Notes: generated by a model not told the origin, from the sequence alone. A stretch of 64,000 bases of DNA from Verrucomicrobiales bacterium (GCA_031411295.1 JANOAV010000105.1:1-64000), one strand, 5' to 3'. Positions 17,401 to 26,347 are shown, numbered from the stretch's first letter. Translations and numbers: made by a program.

Positions 17401-20200
17401 AGGCGCGCTCGATATTCGTCAGCGCAACGGCAACCTCCTCACCCCGGCTGCCATCAACGATCGTAACGTCCGCCTCTATAAACTCATGGGCATGGACTAC
17501 AATCCCAGCACGCAGACCGCCACGCCGAATCCCGCTTATCCTGTGCTGCTGGACGTGAACAACCTCGTCGATTACATCCTCATTACCTGCTACGCGGGTG
17601 CCTACGATGCTCCACTGTCCACGTTTGTAACCACCTCCGGTTCCAACAACTGGACCGCCATGCGGGATCGCGCGGGCAATCGTGGTTTCCGTTACTTCGT
17701 ATGGGATTTCGAGCACGGCTTGGGCACGGACATGCTCAGTGGGGACTTCACTGCGGGCTACAGCTTGGACGTTGATCCTAGCGCCACTAGCAACGTGAAA
17801 TTTGTCGGTTCCACCATCGGCAACGCCACCCAGGCAAGCTACCGTTCCTACAATCGCCTGGGACCATGGGCCTTTGGTAACGGAGCCGTCACCCTCAATC
17901 CGCGGGCTCCTCTACCCACGTTCCAACAATATCGAGGAGACTTCAGTGGCACCAATCCGGAATATTTCTGGGATCCCTTCTACTATAACACGGGAAATGA
18001 TCTAGCCCGCTCAAATCCTCAGTTCCTGCATGAAATGCTGGCCTTTTCCAGCGAATACCGTCGCCTGTTTGCCGACCGCGCTCAAGTCATGCTCCGCCAA
18101 GGCGGGCCATTGACTACCCCCAAAGTGCTGGCCCGGATCGATGCCCGCAAAGTTCAGTTGGAAAATGCCGTCATTGCAGAATCCGCCCGCTGGGGCAATG
18201 CCAAAGGCGTCGCCCTCACTAACTACGACAAAAATGCCTGGCTCGCAGCCGTGCAGAATATGAAAGATTGGGTCATTCAAGGATCCAACCAACATGTGCT
18301 CAACAGCCTGCCCATCTATGAAGCTGGCGGAGTCATCCCACGGGCTGGCACAAACGTCCAAGGCCCTGGACGTGCTGAGTTGCTCATTTCCCAGCTCAAA
18401 GCCTATAAGGACGGCGGTTCCAGTGGCGGGTTTGCCACTGTGACTACCAAGGCCCTAACATCCAACGTCGCCACTATCACCACGAATCCCGCCCATGGCT
18501 TCGTCGTCGGACAACCGGTGCTCATCGTGCTGAACGGAGCGGATGCAGTGTTTGACGGCACTTGGACCATTGCCAGTGTCCCCACGCCAACAACGTTCAC
18601 CTACGCCCGCACCAATCCTACCAACGTCGCTTCTGCCGGGGCTGGTGGAACTGTAACTCCATCTGCGCAAAACTTTACCATCACGAATAAAGCACTCGCG
18701 ACCAACGTGACAACGCTGACCACTTCATCGCCTCATGGTTACCTCGTGAACCAACAAGTGACCGTGGCTATGACTCCGGCGGACGCAGTATTTGACGGCA
18801 CTTACACGATTACGGCCGTGCCAACCATCACCACCTTCAGTTACGCCAAAACCAACGCCAACGTTACTGCGGTGGCTGCCTTCGGCCTCGTGACGCCAAC
18901 TACTCCTCCGGCAGCAAATATCACGGGTGCCGCAGCCTATGTCGTGCCTAACTTGTTCCCCAGCATCGATGCCCCAACCCTCAGCCTGAGTGGTGGCGTG
19001 GTTCCCACCAACACCACCGTGACCCTGACCAATCCGAACACAGGTTCCATCGCCAATCAGACGATTTACTACAGCACGATCGGAGTGGATCCACGGCCCA
19101 TCGGCGGCGGAGCCCCTGCGGGCGGCACCTCCAGCATCGGAGTCAATGGCACCGTCAGCGGCAATGCAACCCTAACGGTAACCGGAGCCCTCGTGGCTCG
19201 CGTCTATGACAGCGTGGCCCAAGACTGGTCTGCACTCAGCAGAGGGGACTTTATTGTTGGGGTAGTGGCATCCGCTGCCAATTTCCTCATCACGGAAATG
19301 AACTACAACCCTGACAACACCACCCTGACGAGCACCGATGGTCAAAGTTTCGAGTTCGTCGAACTGCAGAACATCAGTGCCAGCCCGATCGATCTCACGG
19401 GGGTGAAATTCACCACCGGCATCACCTACAACTTCCCGCTGGGACAAATCCTCCCCGCTGGAGAACGTCTGGTGATCGTGAAGGACCCTGTCGCTTTCGC
19501 CACCCGCTACCCAGACGCCAGCTACCCCGGCCTCTCCGCTAAAGTTGTCGGAACCTACAGCGGCTCGTTAGACAACGGTGGCGAGCAAATCGTCCTCAAA
19601 GCCCAGAACGGAAGTGACATCCGCAACTTCACTTACGGTGATGATGCCGACTGGCCACAGCTCCCAGACGGCCGCGGCCGCACGCTCGTCTTTACCTGTG
19701 CCGCCGGAGGCGAGGCTGTCTCCGCCGGGAATGATCCCGCCAACTGGTTCACCCACGCCCTCTTCCACGGCAACCCCGGCGGACCAGACTGCACCAGCTA
19801 CAGCGCTTGGGCCGCCGCCAACTCAGCGTCCACACTTGGAGATGCCGATACCAGCGACCAAGACGGCGTTTCCGATCTGCTGGAATACTTCTTCGGCGGC
19901 AGCCTGACCAGCAGCAGCACCGATAAAATGCCCTTCGCCAGCGTCGCTAACCTCGTGGTGAATAACGTGGCCGCCGACTACCAAGTCATTACCTTCACCC
20001 GCGCCCCCGGCACCGAAGACGCGTCCTTTGTGGTGCAAATCTCGGATGACCTCACTAATCCATCCTGGACCAACACCGCTGTCCTCACCATCCGCACGGA
20101 AAACCTCGACGGCTCCGTAACCTTCGTTTACCGTGCCCCGCTGGCCTACTCCGAGGACAACCGCAACTTCATGCGCGTGCAGGTGAACTACACGCCGTAA
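11432..20200 (+). CDS. Giant secreted multidomain protein: LamG-like, 2x discoidin-like, 2x PA14, Ig/PKD-like repeats, lamin-tail domains, chitobiase C-terminal-like, CotH kinase, C-terminal module
   Basis: Signal peptide; GYWNFD...WQH..MVWDG...MYING...MDEICIYDEALT (LamG); DDG PA14 motifs; VISEFMA..DWIELYN and ITEMNYNP..EFVELQN (lamin tail); IRYTTDGSIPT; RGGFSR...YINGIYWGLH..QER...NNW...FVWDFEHG (CotH). Confidence 0.88.
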   Translation: MKNPLFRLVPSLCGSALLLASSAEAKLLGYWNFDGPSSTSTSDRLKDKSGNGYHGRDPNYGGGTGVNRVFFNAVDVPRAPYLVPPGNTNYCLDLTGNSTAGTENNRYVVIEPDAAGDGSGTTAAAGAVDSTGNAFNLGNTTGTSVAATGFRFTVAFWYKGNAVQTYSNYVSKGGEAYGNAGKAFEGWAVRKNNTNVRMDWVTRGSWANTGDLDGGADYNNRSGGTLAAPSLNGVVVAVGNVANNTIGNITDNLAAGTWQHACMVWDGTRKHMYINGFHNKSETIAGATYIGTTAKLVFGVDYTTANAVNVLKFSRTRMDEICIYDEALTPGQVEDLARGASPLTPLRTQWRPFDFAMPTANPNLVPYNSAYPPAYAAGNLSPTGAAYPLSTGGLPANALDGNLATAYINLKGVYSGLMTTLPATNIVKSFTITTAAANPERDPATYELWGTASALTSADNSGGRAEAWTLIQSGALGLPATRGTTVTIPVTNSTTYLNYKIVFPTLTGATEKTMQIAEIQYFTSTDGTGVGLLLPASVARAIAEPTISNGQSWHQGAEQVAKVIDGVTTTKYLNTAGAGTGFIVTPAAASVVQSFRATTANDTPGRDPTFYAIYGTNDTIKSLNNTDGKAENWTLIQQGRLTMPFARTTLGPVVTLTNSTSYTSYKVVFPMNGGEVLFQLAEFQLYPTTDATGAGVLAPANPILGVAENYMGPLSVASFYAGYTGGPLMPQGGPGYMGIFEQRANGNLRRPDGSSSGNANVYTGDSPIMYARWGSLNAPSYTPGIINYPIVRGTTTSINFGDDNSSIATGYDGAQNEFLTSSIPAAQDNMVQMIQGCFRVTTPGKYTFTLRGDDGADLAIAGATWLSMTAGNNFGSIVGDTLQNHMTTGDTNNVAVVNFPTAGDYNFRYSYSEATGGAFNEVLYAQGEFVAYDAVAFKQLGDPAGGLSLVDHTPMMDIRSTVLLVTGGVPATQTLTWDAGYATNVKINGGAFANEDVTAVTLNGSGSRTLPTPATTTTYTITGIRGSGTPVTRSVTVYVNSPPVILTFAADDATLLPGAPLTLRWTSLFGTTFTLSNGVTNTNVTSNTTTAPDGTQSGFITIAAPAADTTYSLTATNTFAPPTVSTTLIDIGTGPTLTFTGDKATMLQGSFLTLNWTVTDGGNATITPRLNNSSLSTSVPNTGTSVEQPQLTTTYTLSASNIYGSSSATTTITMPERFGISPAGWTVQVDYWNRFGYTDPVFGIRNAHTAAAYQSDEMFAITDAALGDRGPLATVNTNTTTPALSGPAVPPNAQPGTGEKLLMRYRETGVAVINYDDAAAATGSIPGSVRPPPALTAGVTYDQYALKATATLVVNAPGDYTIGINNDDGGRLRIDLNNDGDFSDGGETLVQDETYHGFLGTLPLTSTVSLQAGAYPIEYMYFEGAGGSGGEVFFVDPDDQCRIKPLPIVSASPTAPVTTDVVISEFMAVNNNTLEDLEHNNPDWIELYNGTAAAISLNGYFLTDNAAIPNKWAFPNTASVPAGGYLIVFASGKATRIPPPPATEFHTNFTLGGGVGYVALKKSDGAGGYLNVSSFNYPNQRGDVSYGWYDGTNIGYSSTPTPGKLNMGGAASLVTGDTHFSVDRGIKTAAFSLEITASDTTPGTIIRYTTDGSIPTALNGQNYTVPIPISVTTAVRAIAMRAGAIPTNSDTQTYIFLDDVLTQNTVQALAKGWPNSIVAGQTFDFGMDAAIVAGKETEVKNALKAIPTVSVVTDITNLTDPNCGIFVESQFRGRAFERNCSVELLNDKGDLNGNFQIEAGIRSRGGFSRSDGNPKHSWHLYFRNDPGYGGRLKYSLYGTEGTNRFEQIDLATANNYSWSFAPENANLRTLAYTNSSNTTTTFQWRYNTFVRDLASRDLQIDMSGYGTRNKYVHLYINGIYWGLHYFQERAEASFGEEYFGGDKNNYDVIKSSGSTNGYQTEATDGDMTRGITGTATVDGNYQSAWAKFYGGALDIRQRNGNLLTPAAINDRNVRLYKLMGMDYNPSTQTATPNPAYPVLLDVNNLVDYILITCYAGAYDAPLSTFVTTSGSNNWTAMRDRAGNRGFRYFVWDFEHGLGTDMLSGDFTAGYSLDVDPSATSNVKFVGSTIGNATQASYRSYNRLGPWAFGNGAVTLNPRAPLPTFQQYRGDFSGTNPEYFWDPFYYNTGNDLARSNPQFLHEMLAFSSEYRRLFADRAQVMLRQGGPLTTPKVLARIDARKVQLENAVIAESARWGNAKGVALTNYDKNAWLAAVQNMKDWVIQGSNQHVLNSLPIYEAGGVIPRAGTNVQGPGRAELLISQLKAYKDGGSSGGFATVTTKALTSNVATITTNPAHGFVVGQPVLIVLNGADAVFDGTWTIASVPTPTTFTYARTNPTNVASAGAGGTVTPSAQNFTITNKALATNVTTLTTSSPHGYLVNQQVTVAMTPADAVFDGTYTITAVPTITTFSYAKTNANVTAVAAFGLVTPTTPPAANITGAAAYVVPNLFPSIDAPTLSLSGGVVPTNTTVTLTNPNTGSIANQTIYYSTIGVDPRPIGGGAPAGGTSSIGVNGTVSGNATLTVTGALVARVYDSVAQDWSALSRGDFIVGVVASAANFLITEMNYNPDNTTLTSTDGQSFEFVELQNISASPIDLTGVKFTTGITYNFPLGQILPAGERLVIVKDPVAFATRYPDASYPGLSAKVVGTYSGSLDNGGEQIVLKAQNGSDIRNFTYGDDADWPQLPDGRGRTLVFTCAAGGEAVSAGNDPANWFTHALFHGNPGGPDCTSYSAWAAANSASTLGDADTSDQDGVSDLLEYFFGGSLTSSSTDKMPFASVANLVVNNVAADYQVITFTRAPGTEDASFVVQISDDLTNPSWTNTAVLTIRTENLDGSVTFVYRAPLAYSEDNRNFMRVQVNYTP

Positions 20201-20368
20201 TGGGCGGTTCAGCCGAGGCGCGGAGCAGGGATCATCCAAGGTCTGGTGGAGGCGGCAGTCAATGCCAATGCCAAGCGCTCAGACTTGGAAAATTGGCTCA
20301 CCGGACGCTGTCTCGGACTGGCGTCAGCAAACCCAACAACACTTACTCTCCGCCAAGTAAGCGAGAGT

Positions 20369-20390
20369 GGAGCAGTCCGCTGGACTGCGC
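20369..20390. repeat. Short REP-like palindrome (related copy at 37533-37555)
   Basis: ggagcagtccgctggactgcgc vs cgagcagtccagtggaccgctcg. Confidence 0.45.
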
Positions 20391-20469
20391 GTTGTAATTT
20401 CTCCGTTAGAAAACTTGCCAATTTCCCGAAACCCTTGTTGAGTGCGGGCAGTCACCATTTATTCGCACC

Positions 20470-21477
20470 ATGCTAACTGAAAACGATCTTTTGCCCTCCC
20501 GTCCGTTAATCGCCGCTTTGCGGAAGACGTTGAATGAAGTGATCTTTGGCAAGCCCGATCTGATTGATTTGGTGCTCGTGGGGTTGTTCGCCCGGGGGCA
20601 CATGTTGCTGGAGGGCTTGCCCGGATTGGGGAAGACGGAGTTGGTCAAGGGCCTTAGCAAAACGCTGCAACTGGGGACCCGCCGGATTCAATTTACCCCG
20701 GATTTACTGCCAGGGGACATTACCGGAAACCCCATCCTCCAAGAAACCGCTCAGGGACGACAGTTTGTTTTCTCCCCGGGACCGATTTTCACCAACTTGG
20801 TGCTGGCAGACGAAATTAACCGAGCCTCCCCCAAAACGCAGTCTGCGCTGCTCGAGGCCATGCAGGAACGTCGGGTTACCGTGCTGGGAGAAACTCACAT
20901 TTTGCCGGATCCTTTCTTCGTGCTCGCCACGCAAAACCCTATTGAATTAGAAGGCACGTATCCGTTGCCGGAAGCGCAGTTGGACCGCTTCCTATTTAAA
21001 GTGGAAGTGCTGCGCAACGATGCAACCACGTTGGAGCGCATCGTGAAAGATCGCGAACTGGGCGTGGAGCCCACCGTGGAGGCGGTCTTGAGTCACGACC
21101 AACTGGCCGATCTGCATCGCCTAACAAGACAAATTTTCCTGCCCGATGTGGTGGCAAATTACATTGCCCGGATCGTGGACGCCACGCATCCAGGACAATC
21201 GGCCGCCTCGGCTCAGGTAAAATTTGGCGCCAGCCCCCGGGCGGCCTTGAGTTTGGCGTCTGCCGTCAAAGCCCGCGCCATGATGGAAGGTCGACTGAAT
21301 GCCAGCTTCGAGGATGTGGCCGCGCTCGCCTTGCCGGTGCTCAATCACCGGATCATCCTGGACTACGCCGCCAAAATTGCCGGTCGCACCACCGCCCATG
21401 TCGTGGCGGATATTTTAAAGGAAGTGCCCGCCCGGGCTGGCGCACTGCCCAAACCCCTAACTCAAGCCAGCGCGTGA
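20470..21477 (+). CDS. moxR: MoxR-family AAA+ ATPase
   Basis: LLEGLPGLGKT, RIQFTPDLLPGDITG, LADEINRASPKTQSALLEAMQE, ATQNPIELEGTYPLPEAQLDRF, GASPRA. Confidence 0.95.
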   Translation: MLTENDLLPSRPLIAALRKTLNEVIFGKPDLIDLVLVGLFARGHMLLEGLPGLGKTELVKGLSKTLQLGTRRIQFTPDLLPGDITGNPILQETAQGRQFVFSPGPIFTNLVLADEINRASPKTQSALLEAMQERRVTVLGETHILPDPFFVLATQNPIELEGTYPLPEAQLDRFLFKVEVLRNDATTLERIVKDRELGVEPTVEAVLSHDQLADLHRLTRQIFLPDVVANYIARIVDATHPGQSAASAQVKFGASPRAALSLASAVKARAMMEGRLNASFEDVAALALPVLNHRIILDYAAKIAGRTTAHVVADILKEVPARAGALPKPLTQASA

Positions 21478-23297
21478 GGACCACCCATCGTGCATTCCCC
21501 CCGAAGCTGGCTTCGCTGGTGTTGCTCTGGTGCTGCGGCCTATCCTTGGCGAGCGCTGCCAGTAGCTCGCGCTTTCCGATTGGTGATCCCGCCAAATCCA
21601 CCTCCTACGTGGAAATGGAGTCGGTCTTCTCCTCGTGTCCGCCCGCTGGCATGGCGGTGGTGCGAGTCACGGTTCGCAACGACACGGAGTCTGCCCTCAG
21701 TTTTAGTCTCAGCGGAAGTGCCCGGCAGGGAGGTTACCGGGAAACCCACACGACCCAGAGTCAGCATCCCTTTGCGGCCCCATCGGAGCAGACATCCTAT
21801 CACACGCTTTTGATCCCCATGTGCAGTGTGCCCAAGGACAGCGGGGGCGGCTGGTCAGGAGGCGGGCAAGGGCTGTCACTAAAGTTGACAGGCGCAACCA
21901 GTGGTAATTTCGGGACCAATTCCTTCGATGAGGCCAAGGAAATGGCCGCATTCACCAAATCCCTGACCACGGACCAGATTCAAAAATTCAACTCCGACAC
22001 GACGTTACCCACGGCTCACATTGGTCGGCCGCGCGAGTTTGCGGTGCAGTTCGAGCACACCTTCCTCCCGTCCGACTGGCGGGCGCTGAGCGGATTCGAT
22101 TACGTTAGCTTCGCGACCAACGAATGGTTGCAGTTGACTGCAGCGGTCCGGGCCAGCGTGCTCCAGTGGGTGGAACTTGGCGGCACCCTGACACTTTACA
22201 CCCAGTCCAAGGAAAAGCTGGACCAACTCCAAATTCGACTCCCTTCTCCGTCGCAGGAAACCTATGGCCTGGGTCGCGTGCGTCTGCTGCCGTGGGACGG
22301 ACTGATGCTACGCCAGGATCATTTGCGGGAAGCGTATCCGGCCAATGGCAAATCCAAAAACGTCCCACCCAAGTCGAACCTGGCCGACGCGCGTGGGCAA
22401 CGGTTCTGGACGAAATTGCAGAACCAATTTGGCGAACGGAGTTTTGCCGCGTGGCAGATCGGAATTATTCTGGTGCTCTTTGGCTTGCTGGTGGGGCCGA
22501 TTAATTTGTTCTATTTTGCCAAAGCGGGTCAGCGGCATCGCTTGTTTTTCACCACTCCGATCATTTCACTGGGGGCTAGTTTGCTCTTGATCGTGTTCAT
22601 TCTGTTTCAGGACGGCACGGGTGGTTCCGGCGTGCAGACCTCGTTAGTTTACGTGAATCCCAACGCTTCCACCGTCAGTATTCACCAAGAGCAACTCTCC
22701 CGCACCGGGGTGCTGTTTTCTTCCGGCTTCCAAACGGATGAGCCCGCCGTGCTCACGCCGGTCTTGCTCAGTGAGAGTCGCTGGACCCGCCTGAAACCTC
22801 CCGGGAATGGCTCCCCGCAATCGTATAACCAAGCGGATGCCAAATCCTTTGCGGGCGACTGGTTTCAGAGTCGGAGTGAGCAGGCACAGATTGTGGAAAT
22901 GGTGCGCAGTTCGCGTGGCCGCATCGAGCTTGCCAGCGCTCCCGACCAGCCTCCGGTCTTGCGATCCAGCTTCGGGTATGCCTTGGAGCAACTCTTTTAC
23001 GTTGATCAAGACGGTAAGCTGTGGCGCACGAACGGATCGTTAGCCACGGGTGGAAGCGCCACCCTAGCTGCGGCCACAGAATCAGACTTGGAGGGAGCCT
23101 TGGGGGAGTATGGCGTGCAGCCCCATCTTTTGCTAGCAAATCCCTCCCCTGTGATCCCTCCGTTGCCTAAGCAGCATTTCTTCGCCTTCACCCGGGATGC
23201 GAAGGCGGAATTCATCCCCACCCTAATTTCCATCAAATGGTCCCAGCGGCAGAGTTTCGTCTGGGGTCCCATTGCCACCACCGCACCGCTTCCATGA
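21474..23297 (+). CDS. Hypothetical exported/membrane protein of the MoxR-ABC operon
   Basis: GTG start overlapping the moxR stop; signal peptide; glutamine amidotransferase-like segment (LSGFDYV...LQWVELGGTL); two TMs (VGPINLFY..., FFTTPIISL). Confidence 0.75.
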   Translation: MRTTHRAFPPKLASLVLLWCCGLSLASAASSSRFPIGDPAKSTSYVEMESVFSSCPPAGMAVVRVTVRNDTESALSFSLSGSARQGGYRETHTTQSQHPFAAPSEQTSYHTLLIPMCSVPKDSGGGWSGGGQGLSLKLTGATSGNFGTNSFDEAKEMAAFTKSLTTDQIQKFNSDTTLPTAHIGRPREFAVQFEHTFLPSDWRALSGFDYVSFATNEWLQLTAAVRASVLQWVELGGTLTLYTQSKEKLDQLQIRLPSPSQETYGLGRVRLLPWDGLMLRQDHLREAYPANGKSKNVPPKSNLADARGQRFWTKLQNQFGERSFAAWQIGIILVLFGLLVGPINLFYFAKAGQRHRLFFTTPIISLGASLLLIVFILFQDGTGGSGVQTSLVYVNPNASTVSIHQEQLSRTGVLFSSGFQTDEPAVLTPVLLSESRWTRLKPPGNGSPQSYNQADAKSFAGDWFQSRSEQAQIVEMVRSSRGRIELASAPDQPPVLRSSFGYALEQLFYVDQDGKLWRTNGSLATGGSATLAAATESDLEGALGEYGVQPHLLLANPSPVIPPLPKQHFFAFTRDAKAEFIPTLISIKWSQRQSFVWGPIATTAPLP

Positions 23298-24265
23298 GTC
23301 AGCCCTCTGCCGATCTCGCCATTCAGGTGGAAAATCTTTACCGCTTCTTCGGTCCGCTGAAGGCCGTCAATGGCATCTCCTTTGAGATTCCCCGCGGCCA
23401 AGTCGTCGGCTTCGTGGGAGCGAATGGAGCCGGGAAGACGACCACCATGCGGATGCTCGCCACCTTGGAATACCCCAGCAGTGGACGTGCTAGTGTGCTG
23501 GGGAAAAACGTCGTGCTGCATCCCGCCGCCGTCCGCCGCAGCATCGGCTGGGTGCCGGATGCCTTCGGCACGTATGATAACATGACCGTGCTGGAATACC
23601 TCGATTTCTACGCCCGGGCGCTGGAATTCCGCGGCTCTGATCGCGTGCAAAGAATTCAGGATGTGATGGATTTCACGGATCTGGGAGTGCTCAGTGATCG
23701 CATGATCAACAAACTTTCCAAAGGGCAAAGTCAGCGTCTGTGCCTGGGGCGCGCTTTGCTGCACGATCCCCAAGTGTTGCTGATGGACGAACCAGCCGCA
23801 GGGCTTGATCCCAAAGCGCGCGTGGAGTTGAAGCAGTTGATCCGCATCCTGGCGCAGGAAGGGAAGACGATCCTCATTTCCAGCCACATCCTCAGCGAGT
23901 TAGGGGAAATGTGTGACACGCTGTTGTTCGTGGACAAAGGCAAGCTCGTCCACCATGGCACTGCTGCCGCCTTGCAGCGGGGCACTGCGGAAGTGGCCTT
24001 CTACGATGTTAAATTAGCCGACGGTCCGGAGAAACTTTACGAATGGGCCTTGGTCAATCAGCACGTCAAAATTGTCCAGGAGCGCAAAAACGGCGCGCGC
24101 TTGGAGATCGATTCGCTCGACCATGATCTCATCGCCAGCGTCCTGCGTCGTATGATTACCGACGGCCTTCCCGTAATTGAGTTCCGTCGTGAAGAACGAA
24201 ATCTGGAGGATGCATTCATCGACATGCTGGGCACGCTCGACCGCCAAAACAGCTTGGCACCCTAA
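23294..24265 (+). CDS. ABC transporter ATP-binding protein
   Basis: GANGAGKTT Walker A, LSKGQ signature, LLMDEPAAGLDP Walker B, SSHILSEL; ATGA overlap with the upstream gene. Confidence 0.93.
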   Translation: MSQPSADLAIQVENLYRFFGPLKAVNGISFEIPRGQVVGFVGANGAGKTTTMRMLATLEYPSSGRASVLGKNVVLHPAAVRRSIGWVPDAFGTYDNMTVLEYLDFYARALEFRGSDRVQRIQDVMDFTDLGVLSDRMINKLSKGQSQRLCLGRALLHDPQVLLMDEPAAGLDPKARVELKQLIRILAQEGKTILISSHILSELGEMCDTLLFVDKGKLVHHGTAAALQRGTAEVAFYDVKLADGPEKLYEWALVNQHVKIVQERKNGARLEIDSLDHDLIASVLRRMITDGLPVIEFRREERNLEDAFIDMLGTLDRQNSLAP

Positions 24266-24431
24266 AAGACGTGGGATGGCTGTCTCAGTTGCACCAAGCG
24301 CCTGCGAGCGAGCACATCCCAATCGCTTCAGACATCTGCTTGGATGCCTCAATCTCTGCAATTTCACCTACGTTCAGAGGCCTGAATCTCACTTGATTAA
24401 GTTGCGCAGAGTGGCTCTGTTGGTTCATTCC

Positions 24432-24773
24432 ATGTCCACCGAACCCACCTCTGCGCCGACTCCGCCAACCGATCCCAACCCCGCCTTCGAGCGGAGCGAT
24501 GTTGGCTGCATGATTGGCTTGGCCCTGATTCTGATCGTGGTGCCGGTGTCACTCTATGTAGCCGCCCCCATGGCGGTGCTGGGGATAGCCGCTGCCGGAG
24601 TCGCGTGGGGACTCATGCGCTGCACCCCCAAATCCCTCCGAGACAAGGTGGGGATCTATAAAGTTTTCTGGTTCTGGTTCGTCATGATGGTGCTCTTGGA
24701 AGTGTCGGTGGCGGTGTTCATCAAGTATGCGGACTCAGATCGCTTTAGAGATACTCCGATTCAGCGGATGTGA
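24432..24773 (+). CDS. Small membrane protein
   Basis: MSTEPTSAP... with about three hydrophobic segments; start chosen at ATG 24432. Confidence 0.6.
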   Translation: MSTEPTSAPTPPTDPNPAFERSDVGCMIGLALILIVVPVSLYVAAPMAVLGIAAAGVAWGLMRCTPKSLRDKVGIYKVFWFWFVMMVLLEVSVAVFIKYADSDRFRDTPIQRM

Positions 24774-24817
24774 TTGGGTGCTGGACAGGTGATGATTTCT
24801 CCGTTAGTTCTCCCCCC

Positions 24818-26347
24818 ATGACTGTTGCTGATTCCGCTCCACTCTCGCCCCTCATTCCGCCGCCCTCCGCTCCACCGGGGGCCTCGAAGATGGATTTGCG
24901 TGATTTCCCCGATCGCCTCAGCCCCATGGTAGTCAAGGAACTACGACAAGGCCTGCGTGCGCCCATGTTCGTCTGGGCGTTTATCATTGTTCATCTGGTG
25001 TTGGTGATGGTCGTCTTGGCCGGCCTGGATGACACTTCACGTGGAGGGATGACGATGTTTTTCTGGTGGGCCTTCATCATTCCGGTCGTCTTGCTGATGC
25101 CCATGCGGGGGATCAATGCGTTGACTGACGAGATCAAAATGAAGACCATGGATACGCTGCTGCTGACTCGCTTGTCCGCCCTGCGGATCTGCCTGGGGAA
25201 ATGGATCGCCATCGTGGCCCAGTTGTGGCTGGTGGGACTGACCGTGTTGCCGTATCTCATCATGCGGTATTTTTCCGGAGGGTTGGATCTCTGGAATGAG
25301 GTTAAATGGTTGTTCCATTTCCTCGTCTTGGGCACCTGTTTTGCGGCTGCCACCGTGGGCTTTTCCTGGCAAAAGCATTTTCTCTTTCGCGGCATCACCA
25401 CTCTGGGGATTGGTTTCCTCCTGACCGCTTTATGTGCCTTCATCACCAGTGAATTGATTGCCAGCGAGGGCTTCGATGCCGCCAGTTTTAAGCGCACGGA
25501 AGGTTCCATCACCATGTTTTTTTATCTCATGGCGAGTTACCTATCGTTCTACTTCTTGGACTATGCGGCGGCTCAGATTGCGCCACTGGCGGAAAATCGT
25601 TCTACGGCCAGACGGATCATTACCCTGCTGCTGATGGCGGTGCTGTGCGGACTGGCCTATTGGAAAGAGGACCTTTCCGTGGTTTGCCTGATGGCCTTGC
25701 TGGTGATGCTGGCATTGGCTGGAGGGGATGCGGCCACTGAGCGTTCAAAACAGGTCTCCATTATTGTGCAGCCATTCGTGAAACGCGGATTTCTAGGCAA
25801 ACTAGCTGGTCGGGTGCTGTATCCTGGATGGCATTCCGGCTTCGCTTATTTTCACTTGCTGGCGGGTTTGACGATTCTCGGTGCGTTTTGCTTTGCGCAC
25901 CATCGTGGCTCCCATTTGCTAGATCGGAGTTTTGTGCTTTTCTGTCTCGTGGCATATGGGCAGGTGGTCCTGGGGCTGGTAATTCAGCGGCGGTTCTTCA
26001 GTCAGGCCAAGTCCCCCTTGGCAGTATTTATCATCATCGAAGGCGGCATTTTTCTGCTCCACATGCTCCTGCTGCTGTTGGCAAATGTTGGCAAGGTGGA
26101 TGGGATTCACGTCCTGATGGTCTGGTCCCCGTATAACGCTTATATCTTGGGCGGGGCCTTTGACTATGGCAGCAGGGACTACTTGGATTCAGGGTGGAGG
26201 ACCTGGACCGCAGTGCTCGGCGGGATTTATGCGTGCATCATGTGCTACCTCAGTGCCAAGGAATTCCGCATCACGCGGGCAGTAGAAGCTCAATGCGCCG
26301 CTGACTTGGCGGAGGAAGCCGAAACTAGATCTCCCAGCGCAGCATGA
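24818..26347 (+). CDS. ABC-2 type permease-like membrane protein
   Basis: SPMVVKELRQGLR and EIKMKTMDTLLLTRLSALRICLGKW motifs; many TMs. Confidence 0.8.
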   Translation: MTVADSAPLSPLIPPPSAPPGASKMDLRDFPDRLSPMVVKELRQGLRAPMFVWAFIIVHLVLVMVVLAGLDDTSRGGMTMFFWWAFIIPVVLLMPMRGINALTDEIKMKTMDTLLLTRLSALRICLGKWIAIVAQLWLVGLTVLPYLIMRYFSGGLDLWNEVKWLFHFLVLGTCFAAATVGFSWQKHFLFRGITTLGIGFLLTALCAFITSELIASEGFDAASFKRTEGSITMFFYLMASYLSFYFLDYAAAQIAPLAENRSTARRIITLLLMAVLCGLAYWKEDLSVVCLMALLVMLALAGGDAATERSKQVSIIVQPFVKRGFLGKLAGRVLYPGWHSGFAYFHLLAGLTILGAFCFAHHRGSHLLDRSFVLFCLVAYGQVVLGLVIQRRFFSQAKSPLAVFIIIEGGIFLLHMLLLLLANVGKVDGIHVLMVWSPYNAYILGGAFDYGSRDYLDSGWRTWTAVLGGIYACIMCYLSAKEFRITRAVEAQCAADLAEEAETRSPSAA

